A DNA stretch of 64,000 nt. Origin: Octopus vulgaris. Its lineage: Eukaryota. Below are positions 14,375 through 26,001 of the stretch, piece after piece. The notes below the pieces were generated by a model. The model was not told where the DNA came from and did no database searches. It was given only the letters and a program-made list of their open reading frames with translations. The position numbers and the translations under genes are program-made. The stretch's first letter is position 1, and the number at the start of each line of letters is the position of its first letter. Location of the stretch: positions 1,860,001-1,924,000 of the forward strand of contig OX597827.1 of assembly GCA_951406725.2 (NCBI GenBank). The letters run 5' to 3'.

Positions 14375-14720
14375 ATGTCAGGGACGCCTGCGAAAGCTAA
14401 ACCGGTCCACAACACATTGACAAATGCTCGTGAAATGATCGACAACTTGGAACAGGGCCAGGAGCTGGCGTCCAGTGGGATGTCCGGCGGCCCAGGTCGG
14501 TGAAACAGTCCTCTTCGTTTGATGCAGGTGAAGTGTTTCAGAGTAGTGCATATAGCATGACACGGCGCACAAAGCTATGAATATCAGCACGTGTCTGAAA
14601 TTCGTTACTGGATGGAGTGAGTGGAATGAAGCGCAGACCCCTACTGGGAAAAGAGCGCTCCGCCTCAGAGAAGGGAAGATCAGGAGGAATGGTAACAATA
14701 GACTGATGTGGGAAGGGGTG
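14375..14720 (-). pseudogene. Penelope-like element ORF fragment (N-terminal region preceding RT)
   Basis: A manual minus-strand translation, in a different frame from the ORF track, gives VTIPPDLPFSEAERSFPSRGLRFIPL..NEFQTRADIHSFVRRVMLYA..SHWTPAPG. This matches the LSxxExxxLxxGLxFxP / WTP pattern of PLE ORFs. Confidence 0.75.
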
Positions 14721-14814
14721 GGTGGGTCAGATGTGGGAGGGGTGGTGGGGTAGTGGAAGGCTGGCAGGAGAGAGATGAGGGTAAATGTGTGTGTGTGTGT
14801 GTGGGGGGGCTGGA

Positions 14815-15350
14815 ATGATTTTTATTCTGATTTTCATTGAATTTATGTGGAACCCACTTATCCAAACTTTTTCACTTTACCGATCTGGACTAGGTGAGTC
14901 AATATTGTTTGTTTGCTGACACCAAACAACAACGATAATCCACGGGCACTTTGAGATGGATCTGACACAACGGTGGCCTTCAGTTCTTCATTATTCACCT
15001 TTGTTTCTGGTCGACCACATTGCTCATTTGTGAGGTCAAAGTTACCAGAACGAAATTTTTCAAACCAATTTGATACTGGCTGCTGTGTAATAACATCAAA
15101 ATGAAATACTCCATTAATATTCCGAGCTGTCTGTGATGCTGTATTTCCAAGAAAGAACTCATATTTCAAAACTGTACAAATTTCCGACTTATCCATCTCT
15201 AAACAAAAATACCAAAAAACGATTTATAAATACTTTATAAAGCGCAAAAGGAGCTAGAATAAAGAAAATGAAGATTGTCAAAATATAATAATGGCACAAA
15301 ATGAGCAGCTGTGAAAGTTTGACAAATACCTTGCTGCAAATTTCATACTT
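14815..15350 (-). mobile_element. Mariner 5' fragment (HTH region)
   Basis: MDKSEICTVLKYEF..TARNIN..WFEKFRSGNFDL..GRP..IGKVKK, then a frameshift to DKWVPH. Confidence 0.9.
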
Positions 15351-15549
15351 GACGACCTTTGTGTTTGTATTTGCCTTTGTGTTTGTATTTGCCCCCTTCC
15401 TCGTACGTTCTCGTGAATTAGCGGTTTGACAAAAGTGATCGATAGGATAAGTGTGAAGCTTTAGAAGGAATTGTTTGACTATAACCATTCAAAGTGGTGC
15501 TCCAGTATGGCCTAATTTCAATGACAGAAACAAGTAAGAGATAAACATC

Positions 15550-15755
15550 CTGCTGCTGATACTGCTCCTGCCGCTCCTGCTCTTACTTTTGCTGTCCTTA
15601 CAGCTGCTGCTGCTGCTTCCGCTGCTTCCGCTGCTCCCGCTGCTGCGGCTGCTGCTGCTTCCGCTGCTCCCGCTGCTGCTGCTGCTGCTTCCGCTGCTGC
15701 TGCTTCCGCTGCTGCTGCTGCTGCTTCCGCTGCTGCCGCTGCCGCTGCTGCTGCT
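15550..15755. repeat. Imperfect (GCT)n/(GCC)n trinucleotide repeat
   Basis: Directly visible, with recurrent gcttccgct interruptions. Confidence 0.9.
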
Positions 15756-16079
15756 ATTATTGTTTTGAGCTAATGTTATAATTGTTTTTGTTGTTTAACC
15801 GACCAGATATATGTTCAAACATCCCCACACAATTTCTTTTCATTGAGGCATAGTATATCACCCACTGGGTTCTTAGAAAAAAACAAAATCAAAAAATAAA
15901 AAGAAAACAAACCCCCCGGTGTGATCCGAGAGATTTGACTGTTTGCTCTTACAGGTTCACTGACCACGTGGGTGTTCTTCGATGGCGTCCGTTTTATTGT
16001 TATTGTTGTTCTTGTCCTTGATCATTATCATCTTCGTCTTCATTTACTTCCTTCCCTCTTCTTCTCGATGTTGTTGTTC

Positions 16080-17210
<1,131 letters not shown>

Positions 17211-17439
17211 TGCTGTTAATGATAACGGTAAAGACGACCCCCACCAACGACGGCGAGAAAGAACAAGGACGACAACAAGAACAACAACACTTAAAATGTT
17301 AATGCTACTGGTGTCAATGTCACTTCAATAAACTGTTTATTGTTGTTGCTCTCCTTGGAATTGTTTTTGTTGTTGTTTTACCATTTTCCGTTCTTTTACC
17401 ATTTCTTCTCCACTTTTCTACTTTAAATGTCTTTTGTTT

Positions 17440-17490
17440 GTTTCATGCGTGTTTCGGAATTGTTTTACTCACTATTCCTCATCGCTTATT
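17440..17490 (-). ncRNA. Degenerate hammerhead-like relic
   Basis: The minus strand reads gCGATGA-ggaat-loop-attcc-GAAAca. Stem II is a perfect 5 bp, but the cleavage triplet and stem I are not intact. Confidence 0.3.
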
Positions 17491-17596
17491 TTGTTATTTT
17501 GTTTACTCTAATCCTCAAACATGTGTGTGTGTGTGTGTGTATACATACATATACACACATGTATACACACATACATACCTATTTATATATATATAC

Positions 17597-17679
<83 letters not shown>

Positions 17680-17833
17680 TCTAGACACACATATATACAT
17701 ATAGATGTATATATACATACACATATATACACACAAACATCTATATGTCGGCATGTATATATGCATATACTGTTTTATATATATATATATATATATACAC
17801 CCATATATATATCCATATACATATATATGTATT

Positions 17834-17878
<45 letters not shown>

Positions 17879-19407
17879 GTGTATGTATATATAATTATAT
17901 ATACGAACGTATATGATATACAAACATAATACAAACGTACACACATAATGCGAACATACATACACATAGACATACATACAAACGTACATACATACATACA
18001 AATATTTTTCTTTATTATTATATTTGTTATTCTTTTTAAAAACTTATCAGCGAATGAGACAAAGCATATCTGTCGTTAGTCCGACAAGCTGGCAACTTAC
18101 CGTTTTCTTACATTAAATTAAGCTTGCATTGGTTATTTCTACACACTCCCGACGGAATTGTCTCCTGCATTCCGAGATAATAGCTTCCACATCCACACCA
18201 AAAACAAACTGCTTCAACTTATTCGGAATTCTGATATCGTTTGTTTATTCGTTTGTTTGCGTTTCATTTTATTTAGTGCTTTTCATTTTTATTTTAGCTA
18301 TTTATTTATTTTTCTTCTCTGATATGGTTTTGGCATACTCATGGGAAATTTAGTATTCATGTCTGGAAGGACCGTTGTTGTTGTTGCTGTTCTTAATAAT
18401 CGTTGTTTTCTGTCATTCGTTGGAATTTTGCTAAAGAGGGTTGAAGACGTTAGACTGGCCAATTTCATCTTGTGAATAACTTCATTTAATTGTTCGGTCG
18501 ATTTCACCTTTTACTGGTTGTTTTTTACTTTTTAATGCAGCTTTTACATTATTAATTGCGCATTTTATTTTTTATTATGGTCGGTTTAATTTTTCAGTGG
18601 TTGATGTTACTTTTTAATAAATGCTTTTTACGTTACGAGGTCGCACTTGTCTAACAAACGACTTGATCTAAAACCGTATGTTGAAACTGAAGCAATTACA
18701 TACCGGAAGAGACAATTCAGCCATTTTGAAAGCACACAAAACTATTGAATTTACTTTTAAGTCATGAGCTGGCAAAATCTTTGTTGCACAGCTGCGACCT
18801 GATCACTGATTCAACGGAAAATATAAGCGATAAATTGTTGATTTTAATTTTTCTATGAGCGATTTTTTAATGGTAGGTTGTAGTTTGATAAGTGAAATTA
18901 CTTGATTGAAGTCACTTTTACGTTTTGGAAGTAAATTTTATTCCTTTATTCTTTTACTTGTTTCAGTCATTTGACTGCGGCCATAATGGAGCATTGCCTT
19001 AAAGGGTTTTAGTCGGAGCACTCGACCCCAGGATTTATTCTATCGGTCCCTTTGTCGAACTGCTAAATAAATGTATTTAATAATATTTATTCCACTGGAG
19101 CTGCTTTTTATTTCAATTTTCTCTTAGGTATGCAATTTCCGGACATACCAGCTTATGATTATACAAGCCATGAGCATATAAGTCATGGACTGGCTAGGTG
19201 ATTCGTCTTCAACCCCAGGAGGGTACGTGATGCTGACAAGCCACAAATACGGCGAAGCATCGATGTCCATCACTCCCAAATGGGATTGAGGGTGAGTTAT
19301 CTCGCCTGTCCATAACGTGTTTTAATGTCGGCAACAATGAGAGTTTATATACTCCGATGCAGTCTCCGGAAAATACAGAACGCATATACATTAGTATACG
19401 TATTTAA

Positions 19408-19505
<98 letters not shown>

Positions 19506-19918
19506 TATATATATATGTATACACACACGAACGCGCACGCACCCACACACACACACACAAATACAAAGGAGCCTTAAACTCTCAAAAGTGAATTTCAAAA
19601 CCAAATATTTTAGGTGTGAAAAGTATTCATAATTTTGAAATTTATCTCCATTGCTTTACGAAACTAAATAGTAAAATAAAACAATTGAGACGCTTTGGAT
19701 GTAGCATTCATTAGGAATCCTAATAAGGCCTTGGAACGGTGACGTGTATGAAAGATGTTGTGACGTATAAAGCGATTCTAGAAATGCGCCCCCCCCCCCC
19801 AACAAACTAGTTGTGAGAGTTTTCTAGCACAACTGATTTATTTGAATATATCTCTGATCTGGTTTAATCCCACTTTTGCCAATGTCGGTCCTGAACTAGA
19901 ATATCTATGGTCAAAAAC

Positions 19919-20305
19919 GTGGAGGCGCAATGGCCCAGTGGTTAGGGCAGCGGACTCGCGGTCATAGGATCGCGGTTTCGATTCCCAGACCGGGCGTTGT
20001 GAGTGTTTATTGAGCGAAAATACCTAAAGCTCCACGAAGCTCCGGCAGGGGATGGTGGTGATCCCTGTTGTACTCTTTCACCACAACTTTCTCTCACTCT
20101 TACTTCCTGTTTCTGTTGTACCTGTATTTCAAAGGGCTAGCCTTGTCACTCTCTGTGTCACGCTGAATATCCCCGAGAACTACGTTAAGGGTACACGTGT
20201 CTGTGGAGTGCTCAGCCATTACACGTTAATTTCACGAGCAAGTTGTTCCGTTGATTCGGATCAACCGGAACCCTCGTCGTCGTAACCGACGGAGTGCTTC
20301 CATCC
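19919..20305 (+). mobile_element. Full-length tRNA-derived SINE (family C, tail type 1) with 12-bp TSD
   Basis: tRNA-like head with A box tggcccagtgg and B-like box gtttcgattcc. The TSD atggtcaaaaac is at 19907-19918 and 20306-20317. From memory it resembles the octopus OR-type tRNA-Arg SINEs. Confidence 0.92.
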
Positions 20306-20689
20306 ATGGTCAAAAACATTTCAGATTTTGTGTATTTAGGGATACGTTATCCAATATGCTCTTATGTTTCATTTGACGGCAGGGTGGGATTTGAAGTAGT
20401 TAAGAAACTCACTTTGCAAATACGGGCTATATCTTGGTCAAGTTTTTTTTTTCTGCTTTAGTTCCGGACTACCAATTTTGAGGAAGCTCGCCACCTTAAA
20501 ACCTTTTTAATTTTGATTTGCTCCTGACTGATCTAAGAATGAACAATGAAGAGACATTAAGAAAAATTTACAACGCATAGATCTATACTTGTGGTATGGT
20601 AAATATGATTCTCGGAATACCGTCAGAATGTAAGGTTGTCTCTCAGTAAGTGCATTAGCATCCCAGTGCTGCATTATGTGTTGTGTAAA

Positions 20690-21063
20690 GGCGGCGAGGA
20701 GCTGGCGGAAACGTAAGCAAGCCGGGCGAAATGCTTAGCGTTATTTCGTCTGCCACTACGTTCTGAGTTCAAATTCCGCTTAGGTCGACTTTGCCTTTCA
20801 TCCTTTCGGGGTCGATAAATTAAGCACCAGTTACACACTGGGGTCGATATAATGGACTTAATCCGTTTGTCTGTCCTTGTTTGTCCTCTCTGTGTTTAGC
20901 CCCTTGTGGGTAGTAAAGAAATAGGTATTTCGCCTGTCTTTAAGTTCTGAGTTCAAATTCCGCCGAGCTCGACTTTGCCTTTCATTCTTTCGGGGTTGAT
21001 AAATTTATCGACTGGTCCCCTCGCCCAAAATTTCGGGCCTTGTGCCTAGAGTAGAAAAGAATA
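20690..21063 (+). mobile_element. SINE family A (ggcggcgagctggcagaa.. head), partially duplicated copy
   Basis: Contains gagttcaaattcc (B-box) and gtcgactttgcctttcatcctttcggggtcgataaa twice. Further copies lie near 21298, 23385(-), 26832(-), 27040(-), 27758, 32040, 34810(-), 36290, 36537, 45902, 47482, 52265(-), 55480 and 63727. Confidence 0.9.
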
Positions 21064-21188
21064 TGTGTAGTGTAGTTAGTATATTTTGTACAGTTGAAAT
21101 AATCCAGGGCATTGAAAAAAATAACTTATAATCGATAAAGTAATACTACTCAGAGCAGATAGCATAACAAATGATGCAAAATATATTA

Positions 21189-21260
21189 GACAGAATACTG
21201 TAGTGGATGTGTGCTTGGCCCATAACCCAAAGGTCAGTAGATCGAAACTGCATTCTGAAA
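21189..21260 (+). pseudogene. Initiator tRNA-Met(CAT) pseudogene
   Basis: Aligns end to end with eukaryotic tRNAiMet: gtgct.ggcccATAaccca.aggtc and the diagnostic GATCGAAAC T-loop, with anticodon CAT at 21221-23. The D, anticodon and acceptor stems carry mismatches. Confidence 0.8.
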
Positions 21261-22674
21261 AGAAATGGGTAGTATTTCTAATATTTATTCGTACAAAGGT
21301 GGTGAGCAGGTGTGATCGTTAGCACGCCAGGAAGAATACTTAGCAGCATTTCGTCCGTCTTTACGTTCTGAGTTCAAATTCCGATGTAGTCGACTTACAC
21401 ACTCTCCCCCAAATGCTAGCCTTGTGCCAAAATTTGAAATCAATATTTACTCGTATGCATCTCAACTGAGTTGTCTACAAATATATCAACGATATACATG
21501 TAAGTATACCCAATAGGGTTGATACAAATTATATTGTGCAATAGAAATTTATACAAGGTCGTTTCCAAATTTTATATCAATAAGGGGAAAGTAAGTATAC
21601 TTAGAATTCCAGAATTGAAACTGAATCAAAAGGAAAACTAAACTGAAATAGGTGTCAACTCTGGAATCATGTGTTAAAATATTGAAATTTTTCCACGAAA
21701 TCAAAACAAATTTCAGTATCGAACGACAAATTAGAACCTTTAAAAGAAAGACAAATCGATTAAGTCTGACACTGTGGAAATCAATAAAATATGGCTTGCA
21801 CAGAATAATTTATGAATTGGGCTATGTTAGGAGAGTGTGAGGAGGGGAAAAAAAACAAATAGCATGATGCAAAATTGAAGAGAAACGCTGAGATAACCCA
21901 GATATGATATGATGAGAAAACGGGGAAGATGTGGCATGACGGGAAAATTGGAAACTGTGGCATGATGGGAAATTCAATGAGTTATGGTATCTTCAGTAAG
22001 CTGAGTAATTTGATGAAATGACAAATGAGTTGATGCTTGCTGGACTCAGTTGAGTCCTGTTGTGCATATTGATGAGGTGTTGCATGACTGGGGAATTTGA
22101 AAGCTGTTGCATAATGGAGGAATAAATGGCAGTGACCAAGATCGCATTTAGGTGCTCATGGATCGAGTCTGAACTGAATAATTGTTGAACTCTGCATTCC
22201 TTTATGTTTCTCATGGGCCTATGGAGCTCCTGGGATCCGGTGTTATAACCTCTGTAATACCTGCATTACGATGGCAATGGCTCTTGCTTGCTGGGGAAAT
22301 CTATGCGGCAGAATGTTCGATACAAAACATTGTCGAGTTGTAGCATTTCGATTATTCGATCAGTTGAGGTGTCGTGTGTTGGACAATGAAGTGTAGTGGC
22401 TTTCAACTTTTAATTGTTCCAGTTATTGGACTGCGCCCATACTGGGGCACCACATTGAAGAGTATAGTCTAATAAACAAACCTCAGTACATATTCTTAAA
22501 CCTGGCTTTTATTTTCTTGTCTCTTTTTGCCGAACCACTCAGTTATGGGGAAGTAAGCAAACCAACACCGGTTGGTCAAGCGGTGGTGGGAGACAAATAC
22601 AACGACACGCATACATGCAGATACACACACATATACATACAAGCATAAATACATATATATATATATATATATAT

Positions 22675-23093
<419 letters not shown>

Positions 23094-23192
23094 ATATATC
23101 TATAATTTAAAACCATTTGACCTAAAGTTTTACGGGCCTTTACTAGAAGAAACTTTAAGTCGCATAAAGCCCAATCAAACTGTTTTAAATAA

Positions 23193-23360
23193 TAGGCGCA
23201 AGAGCGGCTGTGTGATAAGTAGCTTGCATACCAACAACATGGTTCCAGGTTCAGTCCCACTGCGTGGCACCTTCGGCAAGTGTCTTCTGCTATAGCCTCG
23301 GGCCAACCAAAGCGTTGTGAGTGGATTTGGTAGACGTAAACTGAAGGAAGACTGTCGCAT
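23193..23360 (+). mobile_element. SINE family B (ggcgcaggagtggctgtgtggtaag.. head), 5' part
   Basis: tRNA-like head ggttcagtcccactgcgtggcacc followed by gtgagtggatttggtagacg. Other copies lie near 15350, 18940(-), 22405(-), 25255(-), 25765(-), 34905(-), 40005, 46670, 47745(-), 56480, 57365(-), 58520, 58745, 60085, 60955 and 61810. Confidence 0.9.
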
Positions 23361-23518
23361 ATATATATATCTAATATAATCTTTTCTATTCTATGCACAA
23401 CGCCCGAATTTTAGATCAAGCCAAGTACGCAACTGGTACTTAATTTATCGACCCTGAAAGGATGAAAGGCAAAGTCGAACTCGGCGGAATTTGAACTCGT
23501 AAAGTCAAACGAAATACC

Positions 23519-23870
23519 AGACTTGTTTCTTCGCGTTCGCCGCCACAACATCGTTTAAGCTTAGCAGCCCTTCCTGTTTGTTTTCCCTGTCCTGTTTTTG
23601 TCACCAATCTTGACCCTCTGCAAGATCGCAAATTTTATTTAATTTGCTTTGTGGGAGCAACTGTTTTATCGAAGGTGTGTCTTGTCGTGATATGCTCGAA
23701 ATATGGATTAGAAAAACAACCGACAACTGACGAAAGGTCGTTCTTTGTGTTGCTTGTCTTGTTTTCCATTTGTTTCTTTCGTTGCTTGCAAAAAAGTCCT
23801 TATTTCATGTCCTCGTACATCGTCTTTTTTTTTGTTGTTTATGTTTTGTGACGTCCTGTGCGTACATATG
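23519..23870 (+). mobile_element. Penelope-associated 3'-end repeat, copy 2, with permuted hammerhead-like motifs
   Basis: Near-copy of 1693-2040. It retains GUC (23679-81), GAAA (23698-701) and CUGACGA (23727-33). Confidence 0.75.
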
Positions 23871-24084
23871 CATATGTATATACATATACCTGTAAGTATG
23901 TACAGGTGAGAATTTGCAAAAAAACAAAGGACGGAGACGGATGTGTAAACAGCAAACAGAAGTATTAGTTTAACGAAACTGGAGACGGGTGATGGCAGGG
24001 CGGTTGCGGGGAGAGAGAGCAGATGCACGGTCCACGAAATGTGTTCTGGCAAGACGGGTGTGGATAGTGGTGAGCGGATATCCA

Positions 24085-24501
24085 CACAGCCAACGTAGCC
24101 AACGAACAGGTTCGCATAGTTGGGGCCCATTCTCGTTCCCATGGCCACTCCCGAAACTGTTGGAAAAAATTACCCGCGAACGATAAGCAGTCAGACGAAG
24201 GAGCGCGGATGTGTCAGGCTGGGGATGGGTCGAAGGTCAAGCAAATGTTGAAGTGCACGCAGCCCCTCGTGGTGAGGGATCACTGTGTATAGACTCTTGA
24301 TGTCAAGAGTGAAGAGAAGTTTAGAGGGGCCAGGAGGGAAGGAGAAAGAGTTGGACAAACGAAGAGCATGGTTGGTATCATGGATGTGAGAAGGGAGGGA
24401 AGCCACTAGGGGAGCAAGGACATAGTCAAGGTATCTGGAGACGAGTTCGGTGGGGCAGTTGCAGGCGGAGACGATGGAGCGGCCAGGGTTGTTAGGTTTG
24501 G
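24085..24501 (-). pseudogene. Penelope-like element reverse transcriptase fragment
   Basis: KPNNPGRSIVSACNCPTELVSRYLDYVLAP, HIHDT, LFTLDIKSLYTVIPH and GVAMGTRMGPNYANLFVG are PLE RT motifs. The fragment has a frameshift and an internal deletion. Confidence 0.93.
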
Positions 24502-24687
24502 CGATTTTTTTCCTCTGTCTTCCCTTCTCGAGATCTTTCTTTCTCCTATGTTTCCGACGAAGAGCTCCGCTCGAAACGTTAAACCCTCCTTCTTCCCTTC
24601 TTCCCTGAGCGTCCAATAATACTTTATTTTTTCCACATCTTCGCGCTGTTGTGTTTGTTTTTGTTTTTTGTGTTTTCTTGTTTGGAT

Positions 24688-24692
<5 letters not shown>
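24502..24692 (+). mobile_element. Inverted Penelope pseudo-LTR abutting the 5'-truncated RT fragment
   Basis: Opposite orientation to the RT, carries a minimal hammerhead, and ends tttggattaac(TA)n. A truncated homologous end is at 58253-58331. Confidence 0.75.
24550..24584 (+). ncRNA. Minimal type I hammerhead ribozyme motif (CCGACGA core variant)
   Basis: gttt-CCGACGA-a-gagc-tcc-gctc-GAAA-cgtt-aaac. Stem I is gttt/aaac, stem II is gagc/gctc, stem III is the palindrome AACGTT, and the triplet is GUU. Confidence 0.75.
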
Positions 24693-24726
<34 letters not shown>

Positions 24727-24735
24727 CTATATATA

Positions 24736-24792
<57 letters not shown>

Positions 24793-25968
24793 ATTTGTAT
24801 GCACAAACATACATATGCATGTGTGTACGTGTATATATATATGTATATGTATGTGCATGTACGTATGTATGTATTTAAGTATGTATGAGCGGGGATGTGG
24901 AAATACTTGGGCTGGTGTTGTCCAGGCGCGCTGTTGGCCCACCGGGAGTTGGAGGTCCCTCTGTTGTTGTTACAATATCCTCTCTAGGAGAGGGATACTC
25001 CGAGAGAAAACCTGCGACAATATTCGATGATGTAGACTATTTCTTATTTTCGAGTTTGTATTGTCCATGTTCAGAGAATGGGTTTGAATTTGTGCATATA
25101 CTGTCACCACTATAAAAGAATCGCTATGCACAAGCATCGTTTTGAAAAAAGAAGTAAGACCTATCACAAAAATGGCTGGTCGTAGCTTTCGCATGTGTGA
25201 GACTTTCGATCAGGTGATGGCAATACTCAACCACGAGTTTGCAGCCATCATGTGTGTATGAGAGGCTTCTTTCAGATTCCGTCTACCAAATTCGGTCACA
25301 AGGCTTCGGTTGGTTCGGTGCCCAAGATGACATGCAGTGGGACTCAGTCCGAAATCATGTCGTCGGGGAGCCAGAATTCATAGCAGACAACCATGCCTGC
25401 GCCAATGTGGTATGTTTTAAAAAAAAAAAAGAAACAAAAAATCGAATTGTGGTCATACAAAGAAAATCAATGAGGAGAGGCTGCTGGGAAAATCTCTGAA
25501 CTGATGAGGAAAATAATGAGTGGCGCCATCGCGGAGAAGTCGATACGCTGTTGTGTATTGGATAAAAGTCCAATAAAATAAATACAACATAATAAAATAT
25601 ACATAGAATACAATAATAATAAAATAAACATATCATAATAATAATAATAAATATTGGGGGTTTTTTTAAGTATGGAAGAAGGTAAGCACATATTTTAGAA
25701 GAGGAGTAGTTAAATTAGTTAAACCGACCGATTTTATCTATCTTGTATCTTTTCTATATCTAAAAGTCATTGGGTTGCAGCCATGCTGAGGCACCATCTT
25801 GAAGGGTTTTATTCGAACAAATCAACTCGAGGACCTCTTATTTTTTTTAAGGTCTGGTACTTGTTCTATTGATTTCTTTTGCCAAACCTTTGTTATGAGG
25901 ACGTAGACAAACAAACATCGGTTTGACAAAGCGGTAGTGGTCATAAGTGACAAAGACAGACGCTAGGC

Positions 25969-26001
<33 letters not shown>

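Noticed and set aside
15550-15755. Poly-Ala or poly-Gln coding exon
   Set aside because: There is no flanking non-repetitive reading frame or convincing splice context; it is treated as a trinucleotide repeat.
19921-19995. Functional tRNA-Arg gene
   Set aside because: It continues into a SINE body and tail and is bounded by a TSD, so it is a SINE head.
24191-24820. 209-aa ORF as a single protein
   Set aside because: It is a chimera of microsatellite, antisense pLTR and a Penelope RT fragment.
25495-25565. Hammerhead-like CTGATGA..gtcGATAcgc..gtgta
   Set aside because: GAAA is mutated, and stems I and II are too weak to call.
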